Source: Candidatus Aminicenantes bacterium (GTDB lineage Bacteria > Acidobacteriota > Aminicenantia > Aminicenantales > JAFGBC01). From it: 64,000 nucleotides of DNA. Shown piece by piece: positions 8,935 through 18,366 of the stretch. Position numbers and translations under genes: made by a program. Location: positions 6,084 through 70,083 of the forward strand of contig JALHUR010000084.1 of assembly GCA_022867325.1 (NCBI GenBank). Reading direction: 5' to 3'. The notes below the pieces were generated by a model, which had not been told where the DNA came from, did not search any database, and saw only the letters and a list, made by a program, of their open reading frames with translations. Within the stretch, counting starts at the first letter, position 1. Each line of letters begins with the position of its first letter.

Positions 8935-10092
8935 CTACTTCGCGTCCCGGACGGGGCCGACCACTTCGTGGGCGATGACCAGGCGCTGAATCTCGTTCGT
9001 TCCCTCGTAGATCTGGAGAAGCTTCGCGTCCCGCATCAGCTTCTCCATCGGATAGTCTTTCATATAGCCGTACCCTCCGCAAATTTGAAGGGCTTCGGTC
9101 GTCGTCCGCATGGCCACGTCGCTGGCAAAGCACTTGGCCATGGCCGATTCTTTCCCGCAGGGTTTTCCCCGGTCCATCAGCCAGGCCGCGTTCCAGACGA
9201 GATGGCGGGCCGCGTTGATCTCCATGGCCATCTGGGCGATCTTGAGCTGGTTGGCCTGGAAAAGGGCGATCGCTTTCCCGAACTGGACCCGTTTCTTGGC
9301 GTACTCGACGGCATAGTCGAGCGCCGCCCGGGCGACCCCGACTCCGGCCGCCCCGACCGGGGCCCGTGTGTTGTCGAGCGTCTTCATGGCGACCATGAAT
9401 CCCAAGCCTTCCCGCCCCAGCAGGTTCGCCCGCGGAACCCGAACGTCGTCGAAGAAGACCTCGGCCGTGTTCGAGGCCCGGTGACCCATCTTGTCCTCGA
9501 CCTTTCCGACCGAGACTCCGGGCGTGTCGCGCGGGACGATGACGGCGCTGATTCCCCGCTTGCCCTTGCCGGGCGCGGTCAGGGCGAAGACGACGTAGAG
9601 GTCGGCGATCCCGCCGTTGGTGATGAAGCACTTGGACCCGTTGATGACGAAATCGGAGCCGTCCTTGAGGGCCCGGCTCTTGAGGCCGCCCGCGTCCGAA
9701 CCGGCTTCCCGCTCGGTCAGGCAGAAGGAGGCGAACGTCATCTTGCGGGTCGCGGGCGCCAGGAAGCGCTTTTTCTGTTCGGGCGAACCGAACAGGATGA
9801 GCGGCGTGTAGGCCAGGGAATTGGCCATGATCGTCGTGTACATGCCCGCGCAGCCGGCCGCCAGCTCTTCGCTGACGATGACCGTGTCGACGTTGCCCAG
9901 CTCTCCCCCGCCGTACTCGGCCGGAATGTTGCAGGTCATGAAGCCCGCCTCGAAAGCTTTCTGGAAGACGTCGGTCGGCGTCTCGTGGCCTTGATCGTAC
10001 TTGGCCGCCTTGGGTTTCATCTCTTTTTCGGCGAACTCGCGGGCCATTTCACGAAGGGCCAGCTGTTCTTCGGACAAGCTGAAATCAATCAT
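8935..10092 (-). CDS. acyl-CoA dehydrogenase
   Basis: 385 aa. Full-length ACAD similarity (MIDFSLSEEQLALREMAREFAEKEM ... YEGTNEIQRLVIA). Confidence 0.9.
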   Translation of the reverse strand: MIDFSLSEEQLALREMAREFAEKEMKPKAAKYDQGHETPTDVFQKAFEAGFMTCNIPAEYGGGELGNVDTVIVSEELAAGCAGMYTTIMANSLAYTPLILFGSPEQKKRFLAPATRKMTFASFCLTEREAGSDAGGLKSRALKDGSDFVINGSKCFITNGGIADLYVVFALTAPGKGKRGISAVIVPRDTPGVSVGKVEDKMGHRASNTAEVFFDDVRVPRANLLGREGLGFMVAMKTLDNTRAPVGAAGVGVARAALDYAVEYAKKRVQFGKAIALFQANQLKIAQMAMEINAARHLVWNAAWLMDRGKPCGKESAMAKCFASDVAMRTTTEALQICGGYGYMKDYPMEKLMRDAKLLQIYEGTNEIQRLVIAHEVVGPVRDAK

Positions 10093-12844
10093 TGTCTTTT
10101 CCTCTCCCGGGGCTCGGACGTTCGCCGAGACGTTGACCTTTTATACCCGAATCGAGAATCTCTGTCAAACCCTCGACTCCCCGGCCTGAAGGCCGGGGCT
10201 TGGTCAGGGTTGACCCTGAGCCGCCCTTTTCGTCCCCGCCTTGAAAGGAGGGGCTTAGCGTCGGCGAACGGGTCAATTTGGCCGTTTCCCCGCGCGGCGC
10301 GGCGGGGAGCACGGGCAGGAACCGGACTTCCTCACGGGCCATATCGTAGACCTGGTCCTCGAGGTTCAGGAGCTCGAAGACGACATCCTGGGGCCTGGGC
10401 GCTTTGCCGGGGCCTTGCGGGATGATCAGGACGAGGATCCGGGGAGGGCCCGACATTCGAATTTGGAGTCCGGACTCTCCTCCCTTGTCCTCGAGAAAGC
10501 GCCGGATCAGGGCGGAGAGCCTGTCGGCAAAGGAACCGTCCGGGATTTCTTTCCGGGCGCAGGCCGTCCGGACCGCTTCTTCCGCTTCGGGTCGATCAAG
10601 ATTCAGCGAATAGACCATGGAATGGACCGCCCGGGATAAAGGCGGCTCCGAATCGGCTAAAAGCCTAAGCTCAAGAAAACGGACGCCCTCCGGGGCCGAT
10701 GCGTTGAGGCGAACGATCGTCTCTTGGGCGGAGAGGGCGGTCCTGGATTTGAGCTCCAGGCAATCCTTTTTGGCCTCCATCCCCAGGGGAAGCGCGGGGA
10801 GAAACGAGACGATCATTTTGGGATGGAACCCTTCGGACATGGCGACCGAAAGGCCGGCCCTCCGGAATATTCTCTGGAGGACGTTGATGAGATCGAGATG
10901 GGACATGAAACGCGCCCGTCCTCCCTTTGAGTAAAAAAGACGGTAGCGAAGAGGCTGGGCGGAATCGCGGCCGAGACGAGGGAAAGGCTCTTCTCGATCG
11001 CCGGCCTCCCCTTCCTCGGAGGACCTGTCCAGGAAAGCGGGCAAGTCGCAGCCCCGGCAGTCGGCGCAAGTCCTTTCCAGACAGGACGGGGTCCTCTCCT
11101 CCGCCATGGCCCTGTCGAGCTCGCCTTGCAGGAATTCTTTCCTGACGCCGGTGTCGATATGGTCCCAGGGCAATAAGGCGTCGCGGTCCAGGGCGCCGAG
11201 ATAATCTCCTTTCTCGATGCCCGACGACATGAAGGCCTGCTCCCAACAGCGGGCCTGGAAACGGTCCTTCCAGCCGTCAAAACGGGCTCCATTCTCCCAG
11301 GCCGCCCTGAGAAGACGGGAGACCGCCCGATCTCCTCGCGAGAGTACCGCTTCCAGCACGGATTTCTCAACCGGATGGTCCTTGAAATCGATGAAACGGA
11401 ACCTTTTCAAACGATCCTTGAGGAAAGCCTGTTTTTCAAGGAGAGTCTCCGGTCCGTCCATGGCCTGCCATTGGAAGGGCGTATGCGGTTTAGGTATGAA
11501 TGAGGAGACGCTGAGGTTGAAGCGCGGCGGCGAATGGAGGATCGATCGGCCTTCCTCGACGAGGGCCTTGACGAGATCGACGATTGCAACCAGGTCTTCG
11601 TCCCGCTCCGTCGGCAGCCCGATCATGAAATAGAGCTTGAGAAGCCTCCAGCCATGGCGGAAAGCGCTCCGGGCCGCTTCGAAGATGTCGGCATCGTCGA
11701 GGTGCTTGTTAATGACCCGGCGCAACCTCTCGGTCCCGGCCTCGGGGACCAGGGTCAGGCCGGTCTTACGGACCGTGAGGATGCTCCGGACGATTTCGGT
11801 CGAGACGCCCTTGGGCCTCAATGACGACAGGGAGAGTGAAATCTTATCGGGCTCGAGCTCGGCCATGGCTTTCTTGATCAAACCGTCGAGGCCGGGATAG
11901 TCGCTCAGGGAAAGGGCGGTCAGGGACGCGTCTTCGTAGCCTGTCGCCCGCAGGCTTTTTTTCATCGTATTGAGGATGAACGCCCGGCTTTTGACCCGGA
12001 AGGGATGGTAGAGGGTTGTGGCCTGGCAGAACCTGCATTTATGGGGGCAGCCGCGGGCCGCCTCGACCGCGACGCGGTCGAATACGGCTTTAATGTTGGG
12101 GACGACGATGTCCTCCGGGAAATAAGACTCCCGGAACGACCGAACGATTCTTTTCTTTATGCGGGAAGGTTCCCCCGGCCCGGCCTTAACGGCCAGGAGT
12201 CTTGAGCGGTCCGGCCGATAGGTCTCGTAGAGGGACGGGACATAAACGCCGGGAATCCCGGCCAAATCCTTGAGAATCCGGCCCCTGTCTTGGGCGGCCC
12301 CTTTGAGCTCGATCAGCCGTTCGACGATTTCCGGGAATGCCTCCTCGCCGTCGCCGATCAGGAAGAGGTCGAAGAAATCCGCGACGGGCTCGGGATTGAA
12401 GGCGGACGGGCCGCCGGCGATGACGAGAGGATGGTTTCCGGTCCGGTTCGCCGCGAGAAGGGGGATCCGGCCCAAATCGAGCATGGTCAGGATGTTCGTC
12501 GCGTTGAGCTCGTAGAGGAGCGAAAAGCCCACGATGTCGAACCGGCCGAGCGGAGTGGCCGTCTCCAGCGAGAAGAGCGGAAGATCCCGCGCCCGGAGCT
12601 CGGCCTCGCAATCCGGCCAGGGCGCGAAGACGCGTTCGGCCTGGATATGGGGACGGTTGTTGAGGATGGCGTAGAGGATCTTCTGCCCCAGATACGACAT
12701 GCCGATTTCATAAACGTCGGGAAAGGCGAGCGCGACCCTGGCCCTGACGGCGGCCGGATCCTTGCGGCGGGCGTTCCATTCCCCTCCCGTGTAGCGGGCC
12801 GGCTTCTCGACCCGGCGCAGGACCCGGTCCAGGCCGTCAGACAT
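10085..12844 (-). CDS. B12-binding radical SAM protein (TIGR03960 family) fused to DUF2344 (TIGR03936)
   Basis: 919 aa with radical SAM Cys cluster AARGCPHKCRFCQ, followed by a DUF2344-like C-terminal half. The last about 65 codons read through repeat copy A1. 8-nt overlaps with rodA upstream and ACAD downstream. Confidence 0.8.
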   Translation of the reverse strand: MSDGLDRVLRRVEKPARYTGGEWNARRKDPAAVRARVALAFPDVYEIGMSYLGQKILYAILNNRPHIQAERVFAPWPDCEAELRARDLPLFSLETATPLGRFDIVGFSLLYELNATNILTMLDLGRIPLLAANRTGNHPLVIAGGPSAFNPEPVADFFDLFLIGDGEEAFPEIVERLIELKGAAQDRGRILKDLAGIPGVYVPSLYETYRPDRSRLLAVKAGPGEPSRIKKRIVRSFRESYFPEDIVVPNIKAVFDRVAVEAARGCPHKCRFCQATTLYHPFRVKSRAFILNTMKKSLRATGYEDASLTALSLSDYPGLDGLIKKAMAELEPDKISLSLSSLRPKGVSTEIVRSILTVRKTGLTLVPEAGTERLRRVINKHLDDADIFEAARSAFRHGWRLLKLYFMIGLPTERDEDLVAIVDLVKALVEEGRSILHSPPRFNLSVSSFIPKPHTPFQWQAMDGPETLLEKQAFLKDRLKRFRFIDFKDHPVEKSVLEAVLSRGDRAVSRLLRAAWENGARFDGWKDRFQARCWEQAFMSSGIEKGDYLGALDRDALLPWDHIDTGVRKEFLQGELDRAMAEERTPSCLERTCADCRGCDLPAFLDRSSEEGEAGDREEPFPRLGRDSAQPLRYRLFYSKGGRARFMSHLDLINVLQRIFRRAGLSVAMSEGFHPKMIVSFLPALPLGMEAKKDCLELKSRTALSAQETIVRLNASAPEGVRFLELRLLADSEPPLSRAVHSMVYSLNLDRPEAEEAVRTACARKEIPDGSFADRLSALIRRFLEDKGGESGLQIRMSGPPRILVLIIPQGPGKAPRPQDVVFELLNLEDQVYDMAREEVRFLPVLPAAPRGETAKLTRSPTLSPSFQGGDEKGGSGSTLTKPRPSGRGVEGLTEILDSGIKGQRLGERPSPGRGKDND
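10133..10168 (-). promoter_or_regulatory. putative internal promoter TTGACA-17-TATAAA for the acyl-CoA dehydrogenase gene; the -35 lies at the edge of repeat A1
   Basis: Minus strand: ggtTTGACAgagattctcgattcgggTATAAAagg, about 40 nt upstream of ACAD ATG at 10092. Confidence 0.35.
10181..10290 (-). repeat. palindromic mosaic repeat, family A copy 1 (minus orientation)
   Basis: Minus strand reads ttgacccgttcgccgacgcta...ggcggggacgaaaag...gctcagggtcaaccctga...ccccggccttcaggccgggg...gggtttgaca. Homologous to copies at 28880-29109 and 45287-45350. Confidence 0.7.
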
Positions 12845-13928
12845 TGGCGAAGCGCCTCATCTTGACGTTGAGGATCAATCCCACGGCCAGGAAGGTGGCC
12901 GTCAGGGACGAGCCTCCGTAGCTCAGGAGCGGAAGGGGAATTCCCGCGATGGGCAGGACGCCGATGATCATCAGGATGTTGATGAAGAATTGAAAGGCGA
13001 TGAAGGAGGAGGCCAGGAACGAGATATAAACGCCGGCCCTGTCCCGGGACTGTCCGACCGACTTGAACAGCCGGCCCAGGAACAAGTAATAGAGGATCAG
13101 GGCGGCCAGACTCCCGGCGAACCCGAATTCTTCGCCGATGACCGAAAAGATGAAATCGGTATGGCGGGCCGGCAGGAAGCGAAGCTGACTCTGGCTTCCT
13201 TTCTTGAAGCCTTTTCCTAAGAGCCCGCCGGACCCGATGGCGATCTTGGATTGGCGGATTTGATAGCCCGCCCCCTGCGTATCCTGACCCGGGGAGAGGA
13301 ACGTCATGATCCGCTTCTTCTGGTAGTCTTTGAGAGTCAAGTTCCAGGTCACCAGGCTCAGGAGAACTATGATGATGAGGAGGACGACGAGCGTCTTCTT
13401 GGTCCGGCCGGCCAGGATCAGGGCGGCCGCCAGGATCGGGATATAGCAAACGGCCGTGGCCAGGTCGGGCTGGAGGGCCACCAGGACGAACGGAACGAAG
13501 ACGGCGCCGGCGCCGGTTAAGGCGATTGTCCGCGTCACGAATGTTTTTTTGGCGGCCCCGAACAGCTGGGCCAGGACCAAGATCAGGACGACCTTAAGGA
13601 TCTCGGACGGCTGGATTTGGAAGAACGGCATCCGGATCCAGGACTTGGTCCCGGCCGTGGTCCGGGCGAACGGGATCATGGCGGCCAAGACGGCCACGAT
13701 CAAAACATAGACGGGCAGGGCGAAGGTCATCAGCGTTTTATAGTCGACGGCCAGGATGAAAAAGAGCATAACCAGGCTGAAGGCCGCGAAGGTGAATTGC
13801 TTCAGGAAATAGGCGCCGCCGGCTTGGTGAGAAGAGCTGTAGATGGCGGCGATGCCCAAGGCCGTATTCAGGAGCAGAAGAACGATCAACCTCCAGTCGA
13901 TTTCCTGGAAATGCTGTCTGTCAATCAT
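12837..13928 (-). CDS. rodA: rod shape-determining protein RodA (SEDS family)
   Basis: 363 aa, multi-TM, FtsW/RodA family. Confidence 0.9.
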   Translation of the reverse strand: MIDRQHFQEIDWRLIVLLLLNTALGIAAIYSSSHQAGGAYFLKQFTFAAFSLVMLFFILAVDYKTLMTFALPVYVLIVAVLAAMIPFARTTAGTKSWIRMPFFQIQPSEILKVVLILVLAQLFGAAKKTFVTRTIALTGAGAVFVPFVLVALQPDLATAVCYIPILAAALILAGRTKKTLVVLLIIIVLLSLVTWNLTLKDYQKKRIMTFLSPGQDTQGAGYQIRQSKIAIGSGGLLGKGFKKGSQSQLRFLPARHTDFIFSVIGEEFGFAGSLAALILYYLFLGRLFKSVGQSRDRAGVYISFLASSFIAFQFFINILMIIGVLPIAGIPLPLLSYGGSSLTATFLAVGLILNVKMRRFANV

Positions 13929-15732
13929 TCCTGGACCTACAGAGCTCGAACAGGGGTTTGGCCAGCGGGGCGGCGACCGCTCCGCCCATTCCGCCGTACT
14001 CGACGAGCACGGTCACGACGTAGCGGGACTTCTGGCGCGGGGCGAAGCCCGTGAACCAGGAATGGGTCTTGATCGTCCTCTTGAGCTTCTCCGCCTTCTC
14101 GGTGCTGATGATCTGAGTCGATCCCGTCTTGCCGCAGACGTCGAAGCCGTCGACCCGGGCCGCCCGCCCCGTCCCCTCCTCGTTCACCGAACGGTACATA
14201 CCCTCGATAACTTTCTCAAAACTGGAGGGCCGGATATCGACCCGGCCGGCCTGCTTGAAGGGATCGGCCGATGTTTTGGCCGTTTCGTCGACGGGCGCCA
14301 AAAAAAGACGGGGGACGACGGGCTCCCCGCGATTGGCGATGAGCGCCGTGTAAGCGGCGACCTGGAGTGGAGTCACAATCAGGGGGCCCTGTCCGATGGC
14401 CACCGAGATCGTCTCGCCCGCGAACCAGCCCGCCTTGTGGGTCCTTTTTTTCCAGTCCGGATGGGGTACCAATCCCTCTTTCTCACCCGGGAGATCGATT
14501 CCCGTCTTCCGTCCCAGGCCCATTTTTTCGGCCGTCTTGGCGATGTCCTCGATCCCCATTCGGCGGCCTATGTTGTAGAAATAGATGTTGCACGAGTAGC
14601 TGAGCGCATTGGGCAAGTTCAGGGAGCCGTGGCCCGCCTCGAACCAGCAGGCGAACGGATGACCGTAGATCTCGATCTTGCCGCCGCAATAATAAGTCGT
14701 GTCCTCGCCGATCAGGCCGGATTCGAGGGCGCCGATGGCCATGACCGGCTTGAAGACCGAGCCCGGGCTGTAAAGGCCCCGGATGGCCCGGTTCTCGAGC
14801 GGGTAGTTGGGGCTTCGGATCAAGGACAGCCATTCATCGACCGTGAATCGGTTGATGAACTTATTGGGATCGAAGGTCGGAAAACTCGCCAAAGCCAGGA
14901 CCTCGCCGTATTCAGCGTCGAGGACGACGATGGCCCCTTCCTTGCCCAGGAGAAGCTCCTCGGCCCTTTTCTGAAGGCTGATGTCGATCGAAAGCGTCAG
15001 GTTCTCCCCCTGTTTGGGCTCCTCCCTGGCCTCCTCTCCCTTGGGCTTTCCCACGCTGTCGACGATCTCCAGGATGCGGCCCTTCTTCCCGACCAGACGC
15101 GCTTCGTACTGCCGTTCAATCCCGTTCCTGCCGACAAGGTCTCCGGCCTGATGATCGCGAAAGCGGTTGGACCTCAGCTCTTCCAGCGTCAATTCCTGTA
15201 GATAGCCGAGGACATGGGCTGCAGCGCTTCCCTGAGGATAGATGCGCTTGGGTTCGGCCGTGACCAGGAGTTCGGGAAACTCGTACAGGCGCGCCTAGAT
15301 TCGCGAGACCTCCTCCCTGGTCAGGTTGTCCTTGACCGGGACCGGCTTATAGCCCGGCAACGAACCGAAGCGCCCGATGCGCGCCCGGATCGTCTCGACC
15401 GGAAGCCCGAGCAGGTCTCCGATCCGCCGGACGGAGGCATCGAGGTCGCCGCTATTGTCGCGGACGATCGAAGCCGTGAATGAGGCGGCGTTGTCGGCGA
15501 GCTTGACGCCGTTCCTATCCAGGATCAGTCCGCGCGGGGCGGCCAGAACGACCTCGCGGGTTCGATTGGACTCGGACAGGGCCCAGTACTTGGCATGATC
15601 CAAGATCTGAATTTTCCAGTAAAGAACGAGCACGGCCCCGAACAGGATCTTGACGATCGCAAATACGGCCTTCGACCGCCGGCAGACGAGCGTCAGGTCC
15701 TCGTAGATGCGTTCCGTATCCTGGGGGCTCAC
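13921..15732 (-). CDS. mrdA: penicillin-binding protein 2 (transpeptidase), interrupted by a single in-frame TAG at 15295-15297
   Basis: ORFs 15295..15732 (PBP dimerisation N-terminus) and 13921..15192 (transpeptidase domain) are in the same frame, 604 codons in total. The 34 codons between them translate coherently (ARLYEFPELLVTAEPKRIYPQGSAAAHVLGYLQE). The only disruption is one TAG. Confidence 0.8.
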
Positions 15733-16220
15733 GCTTGGGCGCGCCTTTCCCGACGGCGGCGGATGAAGTTAAAAACCAGACACCCCCCCAGGGCCGTATT
15801 GAGGGGTTGGAGAAAGAGGAGGCCGCCCGCCGTATCGGCTCGATGGCCGTAGATGAGGCTCGATAGAACCATCCAGACGGCGAGATCCGCGGCGGCGGCC
15901 GTGAACAGGAATAGAAACAGCCTGCGTAGAGGCGTCACGTCGAACTTCTGCGAAAAACTCCCCGCCAGGTAGCCGACCAGGGTCAGGGCGATCCCCGAGC
16001 TGCCCAGGACGCTCCGCGAGAAGGCGTCCTGGACGAGCCCGCAGGCCATGCCCATGACGGCCCCGGCCGCTTCGCCGCCCGTCATCGCGAAATGGAGGAC
16101 GACAAGCAGGAAGACGTTGAAGACAAGAAGTCCTGCCGGCGCGATCCTTCCCGCCAGCGTATAGACGGCGAACCCGAACAGAATCCCGAGCAGGGCTCTG
16201 GCGATATCCCGGGTTGTCAT
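15729..16220 (-). CDS. mreD: rod shape-determining protein MreD
   Basis: Start ATG 16220 overlaps the mreC TGA (ATGA). 163 aa polytopic membrane protein in mreBCD order. Confidence 0.7.
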   Translation of the reverse strand: MTTRDIARALLGILFGFAVYTLAGRIAPAGLLVFNVFLLVVLHFAMTGGEAAGAVMGMACGLVQDAFSRSVLGSSGIALTLVGYLAGSFSQKFDVTPLRRLFLFLFTAAAADLAVWMVLSSLIYGHRADTAGGLLFLQPLNTALGGCLVFNFIRRRRERRAQA

Positions 16221-17068
16221 CGCCCCCCCTCGGGGAAATAATCGCGGGCCGGACGCTTGAGGATGGCGACCTGGCCGAAGCCGGCGATGTCGAAGAAGGG
16301 CTTGACTCGAACCTTTTGAAAAAGGGTCCCGTCCCGCTTGACGTTGATAACTGTTCCCACCCGAATGCCTGGAGGATAGAGTCCGTCCAGCCCCGAGGTC
16401 AGAATCCGGTCGCCCGCCGCTAGGGTCGGGCCCGAGTCGAGCAGGTACTTGAGCTCGCACGTCCCGTCGCCCAGACCCTTCAGGATGACGACCGCGGGGG
16501 GCGACCCGGCCAGGACGCTGACGCCGCATTCCGAATCCGTGATGAGCTGGATATGGGCTTCGCGGCCGGCCACCGTTCCATAGACGCGCCCGATCAGACA
16601 ACCGTTTCTGTCCAGGACCGGCATGTCTTTGCGGACGCCGTGGACCGTTCCCCGGTCGATGACGGCCGAACGGTGGATATTGGTCGCGTCCAATCCGATG
16701 ACCGAGGCGATCTCCAGGTCGTCCCGCCAGCGGGCGGTCGCGTCGCGGATGTCCTTCTCGGATTTCAACTCACGGAGCCAGTTGCGGAGAAATTCGTTCT
16801 CTTCCCGGAGGACGAACAACTCGCGATGGAGAGCCTGGTTTTGGCGCTGGACGTGGCGGAGATAGGCGTATTGAATCCAGAGTCCGCGGACGCCTCCGAC
16901 GGCGCTGGCCAGCCCGTGCTGGACCGGGGACAGGACGGAGAAGATGATCCTGTTCAGCAAGGACACCTTGGCGCCGACCGGGACCTGAAGCGAGATAAGG
17001 AGGAATTGAACGACCAGGAGGACGACGAGCAGCCTGGGCTTTTTCCTGACTCTCAGTTCAAGGGGCAT
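16217..17068 (-). CDS. mreC: rod shape-determining protein MreC
   Basis: 283 aa with N-terminal TM and coiled coil, MreC-like. Confidence 0.8.
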   Translation of the reverse strand: MPLELRVRKKPRLLVVLLVVQFLLISLQVPVGAKVSLLNRIIFSVLSPVQHGLASAVGGVRGLWIQYAYLRHVQRQNQALHRELFVLREENEFLRNWLRELKSEKDIRDATARWRDDLEIASVIGLDATNIHRSAVIDRGTVHGVRKDMPVLDRNGCLIGRVYGTVAGREAHIQLITDSECGVSVLAGSPPAVVILKGLGDGTCELKYLLDSGPTLAAGDRILTSGLDGLYPPGIRVGTVINVKRDGTLFQKVRVKPFFDIAGFGQVAILKRPARDYFPEGGR

Positions 17069-17113
17069 GCCTCGTTCACGCCGCTTCCGGGGCCCGTTCC
17101 TAAGCCCCGCGGA

Positions 17114-18145
17114 CTATGACATCGCGATCTTCTTGAGGAGATCGAGGTTGTCCAGCATCTTCCCGGCGCCGAGAACGACCGTCGTCAGCGGATTCTCTGT
17201 GATGAAAACGGGGAGTTGGGTCTCTTCGCGGATCCGTTTGTCCAGGTTCTTGAGCAGGGCCCCGCCGCCGGTCAGGATGATGCCGTGATCGATGATATCG
17301 GCCGAAAGCTCGGGGGGCGTCTTTTCCAGGGCGATCCGGATGGCGTTGATGATGGCGGCGATGACGTCCTCGAGGGCTTCCCGGATCTCCTGGTCGTCGG
17401 CGACGATGGTCTTGGGGATGCCCTCGCGCAGGTCCCGGCCCGTGATCTCCATGGTCAAAGGCTGGTCGAGCGGGTAGGCGGAGCCGATCTGGATCTTGAC
17501 CAGCTCGGCCGTCCGTTCCCCGATCAGGAGGTTGTACTTCTTCTTGAGGAATTGGATGATGGCCTCGTCCATCTCGTTCCCGGCGACCCGGATCGAATGG
17601 TTGAAGACGATGCCGTTGAGGGAGATTATGGCGATGTCCGTCGTCCCGCCCCCGATATCGACGACCATGTTTCCGGTCGGTTCCGAAATGGGGAGGTCGG
17701 CCCCGACGGCCGCCGACATGGGCTGCTCGACCAGGTAGACCTCGGAGGCCTTGGCCCTCATCGCCACGTCCTTGACGGCGCGCCGCTCGACCTGGGTGAT
17801 GCCGGTCGGAATCCCGATGACGATCCGGGGCCGGAGCAGGAATCCCCGGTTGTTGGTCGCCTGCTTGATGAAATAATCCAGCATCTTCTCGGCGATCTCG
17901 AAGTCGGCGATGACGCCGTCCCGCATCGGCCGGATCGAGAGGATGTTGGCCGGCGTCTTGCCCAGCATCTCCTTGGCCCGCCGGCCGACGGCTTCGATCT
18001 TGCCGGTCAGCTTGTTGACGACGACGATCGAAGGCTCCTGGACGATGATCCCTTTTCCCTTCAGGTAGACGAGGGTGTTGGACGTACCCAGGTCTATGGC
18101 CAAGTCGCAAAATAGCCTATTCTTGAACCAGCCGATGACGCTCAT
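17114..18145 (-). CDS. mreB: rod shape-determining protein MreB (actin homolog)
   Basis: 343 aa: DLGTSNTLVY..., MreB signature throughout. Confidence 0.95.
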   Translation of the reverse strand: MSVIGWFKNRLFCDLAIDLGTSNTLVYLKGKGIIVQEPSIVVVNKLTGKIEAVGRRAKEMLGKTPANILSIRPMRDGVIADFEIAEKMLDYFIKQATNNRGFLLRPRIVIGIPTGITQVERRAVKDVAMRAKASEVYLVEQPMSAAVGADLPISEPTGNMVVDIGGGTTDIAIISLNGIVFNHSIRVAGNEMDEAIIQFLKKKYNLLIGERTAELVKIQIGSAYPLDQPLTMEITGRDLREGIPKTIVADDQEIREALEDVIAAIINAIRIALEKTPPELSADIIDHGIILTGGGALLKNLDKRIREETQLPVFITENPLTTVVLGAGKMLDNLDLLKKIAMS

Positions 18146-18305
18146 GTTAAACCTGCCGTCCGTACCCGACTATTACTAACACAATTCGTCCCGGGACGCA
18201 ATCGGAAACCGGACGCGCGGCCGGGGGGTAGAGGGGTTGACACGTTCGCCGAGCCTCAGTGTTACCCCTGGACAAGCCTTGGCACTTATGCCGGCGGTCG
18301 AGGGG

Positions 18306-18335
18306 TTGACTTTGGACAGGGAAATTGAATATAAA
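18306..18335 (+). promoter_or_regulatory. putative sigma-70 promoter TTGACT-18-TATAAA for the OPT transporter gene
   Basis: ggggTTGACTttggacagggaaattgaaTATAAAttatg. AAAGGAG RBS before ATG 18367. Confidence 0.4.
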
Positions 18336-18366
18336 TTATGCATTACGTCCCGCAAAGGAGTATCGG

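Noticed and set aside
18276-18296. TGGCAC hexamer upstream of the OPT gene as a second sigma-54 promoter
   Set aside because: The -12 element 10-11 nt downstream is ccggc, not TTGCW, so the spacing and sequence are wrong for RpoN.
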